DNA of 64,000 nucleotides. It comes from Octopus sinensis (Eukaryota). The position numbers and the translations under genes are program-made. The stretch spans positions 7,688,001 to 7,752,000 of the forward strand of contig NC_043013.1 in the NCBI RefSeq assembly GCF_006345805.1, given 5' to 3'. The notes under the pieces were generated by a model. The model did not search any database, was not told the origin of the DNA, and saw nothing but the letters and a program-made list of their open reading frames with translations. Below, piece after piece: positions 50,176 to 62,500 of the stretch. The first letter of the stretch is position 1; each line of letters starts with the position of its first letter.

Positions 50176-52740
50176 TTAACATAGTTCTTAGGGAGATTCA
50201 GCATAGCACACCGAATGTGAAAAAGCTGGCCCTTTGAATTACTGGTACAATTCATTTTTGCCAGCTGAGTGAACTGGAGCAACATGAAATAAACAGTGTT
50301 GCTCAGGGAACACAGCACACTGCCAGGAATTGAATTCATGACTTCACAATTATTACCTGAATACCTGAACCACAAAGTCACCTTTCTTCACCAGTATGGC
50401 ACTTTGTTGAAAAACAGTTTGTCAAAATACAATTGATCAAAATCAAGTAATTGGTCAAAGCCATACTTGCTCAAATCAACAATTAAATTAAAGAACTGTT
50501 CAAATTATATAAAATGGACAGTCAACATCCATTGACAAGGTTGCAAAAGCAGCGAAAATTTTAGAAGAAAAACTATAAATGATAAATGAATGGAAATTGA
50601 ACCAGTGTGTGTGTTAGATAATAAAGCATAGAATAAGTACTAGACTTACAAAGAATAAGTTCTGGGGTCGATTTGCTCGACTAAAGGTTGTGCTCCAGCA
50701 TGGCCACAGTCAAATGACTGAAACAAGTCAAAAAGAGTAAATGTAACACTTATTTATCCAGACTATTCATGTATTATCTCATAGCGTTGAGATTTTGATT
50801 GAGGGATTGTTTACTTTTAGTATGGCATTGTAGGGTAGGTGTGAGAAACTGTATTGGCAAGTTTGAACATAAAGCAAATGGAATATTTTGTCTGGATCTA
50901 GCCGGTTTACCCTGTCAAATGTAATACTTATTTATTCAGATTACCCTATCAACTGTAATATTTATTCACGTTTTGAATTAATCATGCATTATCTCACAGC
51001 TTTGAAATTTTGATGATGTGATTGTATATTTTTAGAATGACATTATAGAGTAGGTGTGAGAGGCAAGATCTGGCTAGTTTGAGCATAAAATAGGTTGAAT
51101 ATTTGGGCTAGGTATGGCCTGTTTACATGCTAAAGGATGGAAAAAGGAAAGGAATATTCTTTTCTACTCTAGGCACAAAGGCCTGAAATTTTGGGGGAGG
51201 GGCCCAGTTGATTAGATCAACTCCAGTACGCAACTGGTACTTAATTTACCAACCCTGAAAGGATAAAAGGCAAAGTCAACCTCAGCAGAATTTGAACTCA
51301 GAACGTAGTGGTAGACAAAATACCGTTAATCATTTCGCCCAGCATACTAATGCTTCTGCCAGCCTGCCACTTTAAAGGAAAGGAATATTGATGCACAGAC
51401 TGTTAACTATGAAGAGATGGAACCAATGAAGAACCCTCTAATTTTCTGTTTTCAAGTGGTTGACATTAGGAAGGAATCAAGCCATATAAAGAATGCCAAA
51501 CAGACATTGGAGCTTGACAAAGCCTTCTGATCTGTTGGGTCCTGTCAAACTATCAAACCCATGCCAGTATAGAATTCAGATGATGATGATGATGGTGGTC
51601 ATCATCATCGTTTAACATCCACTTTCCATGCTAGCATGGGTTGGACGATTTGACTGAGGACTGGCGAACCAGATGGCTGCACCAGGCTCCAATCTGATCT
51701 GGCAGAGATTCTACAGCTAGATGCCCTTCCTAACGCCAACCACTCTGAGAGTGTAGTGGGTGCTTTTACGTGCCACCGGCACGAGGGCCAGTCATGCGGT
51801 ACTGGCAACAGCCACGCTCAAATGGTGTTTTTTACGTGCCACCTGCATGGGAGCCAGTCCAGTGGCACTGGCAACGACCTCACTCGAATGTTTTTTCATG
51901 TGCCACCAGCACAAGTGCCAGTTAGGCGACAAATGTAACAATTTAACCCTTCTTTTATAATTTTGAAAAAAAATTATTTTTACTATAATTCTTTTGATTC
52001 TTGACTCAAACAACAATTAATTTGATCAAGGTTTTTTTATTTTACTTTTGTCTTTTTTTTTCTGCAATTAAGTGTTTTTGATAAATAGTATATCACTCAA
52101 CCTTCACTCCTATTTCAAGAAGTATCCTAGATTGTAGATTGTATTGTTTAATGAGTGACTAATTTCAGAAAAATTCTACTTATAACTGTTGATATGAAAA
52201 TAATCCAGAAGATAAAATGGACATTGATAGCAATAAAACTATCTTTTATTCTTTTTTATTTTTTAATTTTTAAAAAAAATTTTTGTTGTCTGGACAATAA
52301 TTTGTACTCTAATTAGATACCATATGCACATAATTTAAGCATAATTTATATTCCAAGAAATTACACATTGGGTGGAGGAGTTGAACTTTTTTCTTTTACT
52401 TCCTGAAAATTTTTAATTCTCTATTTCACTTGATTGAGATTCTTAGGCAAAAATATTTTAAAGGATTAAGGTTTTTTTTTTGGTTTTTTTTTTTCACAAT
52501 GTTAGCTTTATAGCAGCAAATACACTTTTACAGCCTTCACCAGTCGAGTTGAAAAATAACTTTCAAATTTACTTCTTTTTCATATTTCTTCACTCATGGG
52601 GCATGAACTTGTTCTATCCATCTTAAACAGCAATTATAATAAATCTAGGCACTTCCTTCTGTATGTCATAACGTTTAAAGGAAAGTCGGTGCATGTTAAA
52701 CATGAGAAAGGTTTTTACTGAAACTTCATAGCCCATGTAT

Positions 52741-53127
52741 ATGGGAAGCACTCCGTCAGTTACGACGACGAGGGTTCCGGTTGATCCGATCAACGGAACA
52801 GCCTGCTCGTGAAATTAACGTGTAAGTGGCTGAGCACTCCACAGACACGTGTACCCTTAACGTAGTTCTCGGGGATATTCAGCGTGACACAGAGAGTGAC
52901 AAGGCCGGCCCTTTGAAATACAGGTACAACAGAAACAGGAAGTAAGAGTGAGAGAAAGTTGTGGTGAAAGAGTACAGCAGGGATCACCACCATCCCCTGC
53001 CAGAGCCTCGTGGAGCTCTTAGGTGTTTTCGCTCAATAAACACTCACAGCACCCGGTCTGGGAATCGAAACCGCGATCCTATGACCGCGAGTCCACTGCC
53101 CTAACCACTGGGCCATTGCGCCTCCAC
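52741..53127 (-). mobile_element. SINE-F, full length
   Basis: Perfect 12-bp TSD TAGCCCATGTAT (52729-52740, 53128-53139). Confidence 0.92.
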
Positions 53128-53172
53128 TAGCCCATGTATTGTTATGTGTATTAATGCAAAGTATATATGATT

Positions 53173-53208
<36 letters not shown>

Positions 53209-53527
53209 ACTCTTGCCCTGGGCCATGAGTAGCCACAAGTGTTATTAAATCCTGAATTGTATACAACAACCACAATTCAGATAGTACAGTTGTTTGTGGG
53301 TGTAAAACAAGAACAAAGCATTTTTCATTTTAGAAAGATTTCTTCTTTTTACCATACGTGTTTCTTGTACATTCAGTGAACTTCTCTGGATTTTTACTTA
53401 CCTTGATTTTCAAGTATCATAACGAGTATATCTCTAACACATTATTTACATTTGATGGATATTTATCCTCATCTTCAGAAATACTAAATTTCTAAATCTC
53501 TCGTAGAGACATGTACGGTGGTGGGGT

Positions 53528-53748
53528 GATAGAATGGTTGTATACTGTCAATCTAACACGAATGTGACAGTAGGGGGGTACACCACCGCTGTTTAGCCCT
53601 AGGAAGCATTGACGCCTCTTGATGGCTTTGACAGGAAAATTGTGTCAAAGCCATCAGGAGGCGTCGATGCTTCCTAGGGCTAAACAGCGGTGGTGTAACC
53701 CCCTACTGTCACGTTCACGTTAGATTGACAGTATACAACCATTCTATC
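53528..53748. repeat. Foldback with 106-bp arms and a 9-nt loop, nested in the left arm of the palindromic element
   Basis: 53528-53633 versus 53643-53748 shows 6 mismatches by manual alignment. 12-bp direct repeat TATCCTCATCTT at 53464-53475 and 53745-53756. Confidence 0.92.
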
Positions 53749-53766
53749 CTCATCTTGTCTGTTGTT

Positions 53767-53812
53767 AACACAACGTTTCAGCTGATATACCCTCCAGCCA
53801 TCTTCAGGTGTC
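53767..53812 (-). ncRNA. Minimal type-I hammerhead ribozyme motif
   Basis: GACAC-CTGAAGA-T-GGCTGG(AGGGTATA)TCAGCT-GAAAC-GTT-GTGTT. Confidence 0.75.
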
Positions 53813-53906
53813 TTGGGGAAATTTTGAACCTGGGTTCTCATTCCTAAGGTATTTTTCGATATTATTATTATTATCATTATTGTTATCATTATTCAGGTCA
53901 CTGACT

Positions 53907-53967
53907 GGAATCGAACTCGGACTCTTGGTGTTAGTAGCCCGCACTCTTAACCACTATGCCATATGCC
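53907..53967 (-). promoter_or_regulatory. tRNA-like internal Pol III promoter of the left unit
   Basis: A box TGGCATAGTGG (53961-53951) and B box GAGTTCGATTCC (53918-53907). Confidence 0.7.
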
Positions 53968-54113
53968 TGGGACGTAGTGGTTAAGAGTGTGGGCTACTAA
54001 TCCCAAGATTCAGAGTTCAATTTTCAGGCAGTGACCTGAATAATAATAATAATAATGATAATGATATCAAAAAATACCTTAGGTATGAGAACCCAGATTC
54101 AAAATTTTCCCAA

Positions 54114-54159
54114 GACACCTGATGAAGGCTGGAGGGTATATCAGCTGAAACGTTGTGTT
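54114..54159 (+). ncRNA. Minimal type-I hammerhead ribozyme motif
   Basis: GACAC-CTGATGA-A-GGCTGG(AGGGTATA)TCAGCT-GAAAC-GTT-GTGTT. Predicted cleavage after 54154. Confidence 0.78.
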
Positions 54160-54482
54160 AACAACAAACAAGATGAGGACAAATATCCATCAAATGTAAA
54201 TAATGTACATAATTCCTCATTTCTTGAATATAGAACTATATCTCTAACACTTAAGAATTTGGTGATGTTATCCATTAATGATTCATTTATTAAATAATAG
54301 TGATTTTATAAAAGAAAGGGAGCTTGGACTTGGAGAAAATGTCATCTGTACACCCTAGATATCTAAGTAATGTCAGGATTTATAGATTCTGAACAGGAGT
54401 GGATGATTGCATATTTGGTCATTGCATCAATACTTTCATTAGTAACATGGGCTCCAAAGACCTTTGAATTTTGAAGCAAAAA

Positions 54483-54722
54483 CCTGTTGAATATTTTCTA
54501 GAAGAATTTCCCGACAAAATTTTTTGTCAGGCTGAACAATGAAACCAGAAGATATGCAGGTCAAACAGGGCAATGCCACCACCTTCAGTACTTCAATGGC
54601 AGAGATGAAGATATATCTCAGAATGCTTTTTTCTTAATGGGAATTGTGCAGCTTCCAAGTTGCAAAGACTACTGGAACAAAAATTCAATTCTAAGACAGA
54701 AAAATCAATGCCCAGGAATCAA
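54483..54722 (+). pseudogene. piggyBac transposase relic (N-terminal region)
   Basis: PVEYF..FPD / ETRRYAGQ / FFLMGIVQLPSCKDYW / MPRN with two frameshifts, matching the piggyBac TN.YA, MGI..LP...DYW and M.R.RF motifs. Confidence 0.8.
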
Positions 54723-55090
54723 TAGCTTGTAAATACATGTGTAAACACTTATATGTAATCAGCCTACCTGGGCAGGTGAAAGTGACATGACAACAAGTAA
54801 AAACCACATTCACAATGTGCACCAATATAGTTGTATTCTTCGTTGAAGTACTGTTGGTGTTTAGGGAATGAAGTCTCGGTCTTAGCATGTTGTTGTATGT
54901 GTACATCACTGTAGGAGCTCATGTTGGGGAGGCATTATATTTGAGAAGAGAGATGCCATGCTTGAACAAGACAACAACCTCCATGTATGTGTGTAAATCT
55001 CTATACATTTTTGTATATATTTAGATTCAGAGAAATGAAGTAGATAAGTTGAGGCACCAGAATTTAGTACGGTATTATCCATACAATTTC

Positions 55091-55444
55091 AAAATAAGGT
55101 GGTTAAAATCAAAATAAGCAACAGGATACCCAGTGGTAATGCAGTACGATCATTTCAAGTGACTCCATTTAATTCAAAAATGCAACCATTACATCAGTTT
55201 AAATGCAGAGCAATCCTCAGCTGCATAGATACGTAGAATTAAATTAGAACAGATGGACACATTAGTATAATTTTACCTAAAACTTCCAAGAAGGTAAGCA
55301 GATAGACAAAGAACATGCCATGCTGTTTTCACTTCAGCTTAGAATGTAATGGTTGTATTAATTAAATGGAGTCGCTTGAAATGATAGTACTGCATTACCT
55401 CTGGATATCCTGTTGCTTATTTTGATTTTAATCACCTCATTTTT
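55091..55444. mobile_element. MITE with about 100-bp TIRs
   Basis: AGGTGGTTAAAATCAAAATAAGCAACAGGATA..CAACCATTACAT (55091-55194) and its inverse (55344-55444). Confidence 0.8.
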
Positions 55445-55461
55445 CTATGTATGATAGATAG

Positions 55462-55720
55462 ATATCTTGTCATCATCATTTAACACCAACCTTTTCACGC
55501 TTGACTAAGTCTGGAATTTTTACAGTTAGATGCCTTTCTTGTCACCAACCCTATTTCCAAGCAAGGTAATATTTTTCCATGGCTGGATATATCTTGTCAT
55601 TATCATCATTTAACACCAACCTTTTCACGCTTGACTAAGTCTGGAATTTTTACAGTTAGATGCCTTTCCTCTCACCAACCCTATTTCCAAGCAAGGTAAT
55701 ATTTCTCCATGGCTGCATAT
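55462..55720. repeat. Direct tandem duplication (about 128 bp) of an RTE-tail-like segment
   Basis: Two near-identical CATCATTTAACACCAACCTTTTCACGC..CCAAGCAAGGTAATATTT.TCCATGGCTG units. Confidence 0.85.
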
Positions 55721-56701
55721 ATTGTCATGGATGATTGGAAATGAGCAATATCATTTACAGCTGTCATATAATCTCAAGACAGGGTACACATCGCACATAT
55801 ATTTATGTATATACATACAACAAGCTTCTTTCAGTTTCCGTCTACCAATCTACCAAATCCACTTACAAAGCTTTGGTGAGCCTGGGGTTTCAGGGGAAGA
55901 CACTTGACCCAGATGCCACACAGTAGGACTGAATCCAAGATTGTATGGTTAGGAAACATGCTTCTTAACCACACTGCTAAGTGTGTGTGTGTGTGTGTGT
56001 GTGACATACGAGTGACCTCTACGAAACCAGTTGCTTGTAGTTGTTAACATGGAATATTGAGGTTAATGTCTATGGAATTTAAGTTATGTATTGCTTAGAA
56101 TGTGTGGAAAGTTATGTACCGTAATTAAACAAATAGAAATATATGTATGATGCTAGCTTGTATACATTGAAAGTATATTTACCAATCAGTGCATTACCTG
56201 CAGACTGCTATTTGTGCCATTCTCTGTGGAACGATTTATAAAAGAGCTGAAGACACCTCCGAAAGGAGGGGGGGGCACTGCCACATCAAAACGGTAGAGG
56301 AGTAGGGGCTGAAACCTGACGTGGTTCCCCCTGATGATGTCTTGAACTAACTGGATTCTATAAAGGAGCTGTTGTGGTAGCAGACCACGAAACACGGTTG
56401 TAATTCCTCCTAAGGCTTATTTTTAAAGATTACAAACAATGAAACACAAATGCAGAAGAAACATATATTAATTTACCCTTGTTGAGAAAGAATAAGGATG
56501 TGATGTGGCCAGCTTCTCCTTTTGCCCTTCTTTGACATTGATAAAATAAGTACCAGATAGAGTATTAAAGTTGATATAATCTAATCCTCCAGTATGGCCA
56601 CAGTCCATTGACTGAAACCAGTAAAGGAGCTTGTGTGTGTGTGTGTTGTATATGTAATATACTGCATATGTGTATGAAAAGATGTGTGTGTGTGTGTAGA
56701 T

Positions 56702-57032
56702 CAGGGGTTCAGGACCATTTTTTTATCTATGGACCCCTTCAAATACCATTCTGTTCTTTTGGAGCCCCATAGCCAGTTGATGTTTAGAAACTAGTTTTAT
56801 AGAGACGTCTTTCAAAATCCCTATTTTGTTTTCCACACATTAACTTGTGTAGGTTGAACTGAGTAAAATGTCAGAGAAAGAAACCTACCTGTTTCCTGCA
56901 ATACATACCAATACATACATCTAAAGCAGAATTTTTCCAGGGGCCCTTAAAGTACAATTGTGGATCCCCATTTTATTATTTTGTTTCATAGACACAAAAA
57001 AATTTTATATGGACCCAGGTTGAGAACCAGTA
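56702..57032. mobile_element. hAT/Charlie-type MITE
   Basis: CAGGGGTTC ... GTTGAGAACCAGTA termini. 8-bp TSD GTGTAGAT / GTGTTGAT. Confidence 0.7.
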
Positions 57033-57293
57033 GTGTTGATAGATAGGTGTGTATGTTGTGGAATAAGAGAAAAGAGTGGAAGCGATTTTGGGGAATGTTG
57101 CCAAACAACTTGCAGACAAGCTTTGTTGTAGTATGTGTGTGTATGTATATTATTCACAAGTTCTGCCTACCCTTTACAACTTCCCTATTCTAATTATTTC
57201 TCGGCCATAACCCAGTTATCTGCTATAATTAATGCATATCGTAACATATCAACACACCAAGTTTTGGTGACATAATTCTCTATAATTTCCCAG

Positions 57294-57325
57294 AGAATTA
57301 CAAAAGTGGCATTATTTGTCTTGAA
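57294..57325 (+). CDS. Weak candidate micro-exon of the plus-strand gene (NYKSGIICLE or RITKVALFVL)
   Basis: ctctataatttcccag| and |gtatgt, 32 nt. Two frames are open. Confidence 0.3.
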
Positions 57326-57498
57326 GTATGTTAAGTACATCAGTTTCATACGAAACAGTAAACAAAAAGAGTTGTGTTATTTACATTCCATCAATGTGCA
57401 GATATGACTGTGATTAAGAAGCTTGCTTCATAATCACTTGGTTTTAAGTTCAATCCACTGCGTGGGCACCTTGGACTAGAGTCTTCTTTTTTTGGGCC

Positions 57499-58695
57499 TC
57501 ATCATCATCATTTACCGTCTTTTGTCCATGCTGGCATGGGTTGGATGGTTTGACCAGGGTTGGCAAACTAGAAGGCTGCACCAGACTCCAGTCTGATTTG
57601 GCATGGTTTCTATAGCTGGATGCCCTTCCTAACACCAACCACTCCAAGAGTGTAATGAGTGCTTTTACATGTGTGACACCAGTATCTGCCACGACAGTAA
57701 TTTTACTTGGCTTGATAGGTCTTCTTCTCAGGCAAGACATAACGCTAAAGGTTTCAGCGGTTGCCTCCATGAGGCCCAATGCTCAAAAGGTGCTTTTTAC
57801 ATGCCACTGGCATGGGTGTCAGTTACAGAGCACCAACATGAACCACAGCTATGATTTCACTTGACATGTTTCCTCAAGTGCAGCATATTGCCAAAGATCT
57901 CGGTCACTAGTCATTGCCTCTGTGAGGTCCAAAAGTTTGAAGATCATGCTTCACCACCTCATCCCATGTCTTCTTGGATCTACCTCTACCACAGGTTCCC
58001 TCCACCGAGAATGGCACTTCTTTACATATCTGTCCTTGTCTATACACATCATGTGACCATACCAGTGCACTCATCTCTCTTGTACCCATCTGATGCCCAA
58101 CTTTTCTCTCAAGATGCTTACACTCTTTCGAACATGTACATTGACATTGCACATCCAGTGAAACATACTGGCTTCATTTCTTTAAAACCTACACATGTCC
58201 CTGGCAGTCACAGCTCCTATTTCACTGCTATGTAGCATAGCTGTTCACTTACAGGCATCATACAATCTACCTTTCACTCAGAGAGAGACCTTTGTTGCCA
58301 GCAGGGGTAGGAGCTCTCTGAACTTTGCCCAGCCTAATCTTATTCTCACAGCTATGCTCTCAGAGCATCTCCACCTCTGCTACTAACTTGGCCACCTAGA
58401 TAACAAAATGCTATCTACTACTCTAGCTTACCCCACTGGCAGTTTGGAGTTTATTTTCTGCATATTTTCAGTGTTTATTTACCTGTGCATCTTCCACACA
58501 CAAAAGCTATTTGCCCTGTTAACCTTCCTCTGATATTATTGCACCTCTTATGTATCCAAAACTTACACTTGGTGCATCTTATGGAGTTTCTACCTATGCC
58601 TTTTCTACAGATCGAGCAGGGCTGTCTACCTGAAGGGATTTGTGATTTGTCTGCCTTCTTACTTACTAAGTTTGAACGAGGTTGATAGAGATTGT
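57499..58695 (-). mobile_element. 5'-truncated, decayed RTE-clade LINE
   Basis: PCSICRKGIGRNSIRCTKCKFWIHKRC..CGRC Cys motif, VEGTCGRGRSKKTWDEVVKHDL C-terminus, and a 3' UTR with an (ATG)n tail. Confidence 0.9.
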
Positions 58696-58763
58696 ATGGA
58701 AGCCCATCATGTGTGTACACATATATATATATAGATTTATGTATGTATATATCTGTGTATATA

Positions 58764-59593
58764 CAGGGTGTTCAGGCTAAAATAAAACACGATAGCCTAT
58801 CCAAAAATAAAAGTATTTTAAAACTCCAAGTGTACCAACTAGATTATGGCTGGGAGATAATAGTTTACTCAGTGTAGTTGCCCTCAGCTTCCACTAGAGC
58901 CTCAAGGTGGTTTCAGAATCTAGCACAAGTGTTCCTCAGTGTGTCCTTGGGAAGATCTTCAAGCACCTGACCCCGGCCACCAGCTCGGCCCTGGTGTTGC
59001 AGGCAGAGTAGTTGGTGCCTTTCTCAACCACACCCCAAACATAGTAATCCACAGGAATTAGGAGGTCAGAAATTGGAATTGGCAAAGTAATAGAAATTCT
59101 TTGACAACCACTTCTGACTCTCTCCAGAGGTATATATAGCAAGGGGCCGAATCTTGTTGCTACCCATATGGCCTTCCAGCAGGAACCCTCTCCAGCAGTT
59201 TCACACGGCCATCTGAATTGACTTTGAGACTCTGTTCAAAGATGCTTGGTGGTATGACATTACCACCACTACAGACAAGCCCAAAGACCATCATAGTCTG
59301 AGGGAATTTGTTTTTCATGATGACCATGTAACATCTTTCAGCCTTTTCAGTGTTCACGGAGCATTGAGCAGCAGTCATGATATCAGCATTTTGATACCTG
59401 ACACGGGTCATGATACAGGTAGCTCTTTTCAAATATTCAGGTGGCTTCCGGTCATGCATGTCACTTAACTTTTTCTCATCTATTACTTTAATCTTTAAGC
59501 TCATCATTGCTGTTTACTGTTCACCAATACATCAAGCTACCCCTTAAAAAAAAGGAGTCATATATAATCATCAAACTTAGCTCAAACCCTCTG
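58764..59593 (-). mobile_element. Internally deleted Tc1/mariner (maT/DD37D-like) transposon
   Basis: TA|CAGGGTG terminus. Relic peptides KFPQTMMVFGLVCSGGNVIPPSIFE..LKVN, P.DYYVWGVVE and LEALVEAEGNYTE*. Confidence 0.85.
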
Positions 59594-62500
59594 TGTATGT
59601 GTGTGTGTGTATGCGTGATCATCATCATAATTTAACATTGGTTTTCCATGCTTGCATGGGTTGGACAGGACCCAGCAAGCCATAGGGTTTGGCATGTTAC
59701 TATGACTTGATGCCCTTCTTAATGCCAACCACTGTACAGTTTGTACTGGGTGCTAGTGAGGTAACCATGCAGCTTGCAAGATAGAATAGAGAAAACGAGA
59801 AAGAGAAAAAGAACCCTTGACTAAAATTTTTTTAATTATCATTCCAGCAAGTAATAGAGATAATTTTAGACATGTTTCGGTATTATCAGACCTTTTCAGT
59901 AAAGTATAGACTTCACTATATTTACTAAAGTAGTGATGAGGAAATCGCTAAGTAAATGTACAGTGTGTGTGTACACTTAGCTAGTACAAAAAGAAGTTTA
60001 TAGTTTAGAGAGTGAATTTAGTCAGCAACGTCATTTGTATGGGGAAAAAATAGTTATGTTAGTTTTAACATATTTGACACAGTGAGCATGTATTATAAAC
60101 TGGACAGTTTGATTGTTAGAGAGATGAGCAAATATTTTAACAGCTGTTAGAATTTTTAATTAATTACTGCTGTTAATTAATTCACCTCCTTCAGTCATTC
60201 CTTATCCAGGAAACCTATAATCAACAATGTCACAGCTATTACTCTTTTTCTCTTTTACTTGTTTCAGCCATTTGACTGTGGCCATGCTGGAGCACCGCCT
60301 TTAGTCAAGCAAATCGACCCCGGGACTTATTCTTTTGTAAGCCCAGTACTTATTTTATCGGTTTCTTTTTGCCGAACCGCTAAGTAACGGGGACATAAAC
60401 ACACCGTCATCGGTTGTCAAGCAATGCTAGGGGGACAAACACAGACACACAAACACACACACGCATATATATATATATATATATATACATATATACGACG
60501 GGCTTCTTTCAGTTTCCATCTACCAAATCCACTCACAAGGCTTTGGTCGGCCCGAGGCTTTAGTAGAAGACACTTGCCCAAGATGCCACGCAGTGGGACT
60601 GAACCCAGAACCATGTGGTTGGTAAGCAAGCTACTTACCACACAGCCACTATGATCATTCTAACTTTTTTTCTTCGTAGATATTGTATATTCATCATCAT
60701 CATCGTTTAACATCCATTTTCCATGCTAGCATAGGTTGGACGGTTCGACCGGGGATCTGGGAAGCCAGACGGCTGCACCAGGCTCCAGTCTGATCTGGCA
60801 GTGTTTCTACAGCTGGATGCCCTTCCTAATGCCAACCACTCCGTGAGTGTAGTGGGTGCTTTTTATGTGCCAGGCGAGGCTGGCAACGGCCTCGATCAGA
60901 TTGGTGCATTTTACGTGAACCAGTCCACACCAACACCTCTTTTGGTTGCTATATCTAGCAAGTCATGTGACCACTTAGAGGCTTTCTCTTTGCTGTCGGT
61001 TTTTAGTCAGTATTATAAACTGGTAATCACTTGTCCCTTGTGAAAATTTATCAGAAAGATTAATAAAATACGTTTCACTGATTAGTTTATAGTACTTCAT
61101 TTGTTGTTGTCTGACTTGGCTCTTCAAAGTTCAAATTCTAATCCAGATTAGCGTTATCTTTTGTATTGTATCAGGTCAGTAATAGACAACCTGTGCTGAA
61201 GAATAGTATTGAGAATTTGGAAGTGAATGTCATAATCTTTCTATCTCTACGTAGTGGAGGCACTTGGCTTAGTGGTTAGGATGCTGGATTCTTGATCATA
61301 AGACAGTGGTTTCAGTTACTGGACTGGACAATGTCTCGTGTTCTTGAACGAAAAACTTAATTTCATGTTGCTGGTAAAAGTGAGTAATCTTGTAATGCAC
61401 CAGTGCCCTGCCCAGGGAAGAATGCATATGCCAGAGTAACTAGGAAACTAGACCTCTGCTCCTCACAAAGTAATGTGGACTAACCCACCAATATTGAAAT
61501 TACATGCTCCAATATGCTGCATAGACCTAACTCACTCTCTCTCATACAGTCCCATCTCACATGGTTGTCTTTTGTTCCCGGCTCTTGTAATCCCTACCTC
61601 TCATAATCCCCTTCTCTCACGGACCCTGTCTTCCAAAACTATATCACTAAGCTCTAACAATAGTGGGATTCAGGGATTTTGTTTTTATAAGTTAGTTAAA
61701 GGCACAGGTGTAGCTGTGTAGTAAGATACTTGCTTCCCAACCACATGGTTCCAGGTTCAGTCCCACTGCATGGCACCTTGGGCAACTGTCTTCTACTACA
61801 GCCTTGGGCTGACCAAAGCCCTGTGAGTGGCTTTAGTAGATGGAAACTGAAAGAAACCTTTTACATGAATGTATGTGTGTGTGTGTGTATGTGTACATGT
61901 GTGCGTCTTTGCATCTGTGTTTGTCCCCATCACCACACTTAACCAGTGTTGTGTCTGTGTGTTCACATCCCTGTAACTTAGCAGTTCAGCAAAAAAGACC
62001 AATAGAATAAGTACCAGGCTTTAAAAGAGAAAAAAAGTACTAGGGTCAATACATTTGGCTAAAAATGCTTCAAGGTAATGCCCCAGCATGGTCACAGTCT
62101 GATGACTGAAACAAATAGAAAATAAAAGACAAAAAGAGGAGAAAGAGCCTCTGAGACTGAAGACGAAAAGAGAAGAAATCACATCATAGGTTACTCTTGG
62201 AACTGAGATCTACCATATTTTAATGGGGGCTTAAAATTTGGAAAAAGGGATTTATAAGGGATTATAATACTATCCATGTATAAGAAACTCCCATATTTTT
62301 TTAACCTAATTTTTGACAAAAAAAAAAAGGGTTCCTTATACACATTAAAATATGGTAATTTAAATGCTTGCTGCAGAATGGACTTCACTAAGAGCCAGAT
62401 AGATAGTGGTGTCTTAACCCTTTAGCATTTAAACTGACCATATCTAGTGAAAATGTTCTACCTTATTTTATGATCAAACCAGTAAGATCCAGCCTCTCAC

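Larger units (their letters stand above)
53441..54236. mobile_element. Palindromic non-autonomous element: two head-to-head tRNA-head/(AAT)n/hammerhead units (Penelope-associated architecture)
   Basis: Inverted arms centred at 53967/53968. 14-bp direct repeat TATATCTCTAACAC at 53427-53440 and 54237-54250. No ORF. Confidence 0.8.

Noticed and set aside
53907-54035. Possible true tRNA genes in the palindrome centre and in SINE heads
   Set aside because: Acceptor stems are not complementary and the sequences continue into repeat bodies, so they are tRNA-derived heads only.
53402-54275. Reconstructed pre-insertion minus-strand ORF MDNITKFLSVRDILVMILENQ with a gtaagt donor spanning the palindrome insertion site
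   Set aside because: Short, with no acceptor and no independent support. It could be revisited if an empty allele is expressed.
56325-56405. CTGATGA ... GAAAC hammerhead-like spacing
   Set aside because: No coherent helix I or II joins the core to GAAA.
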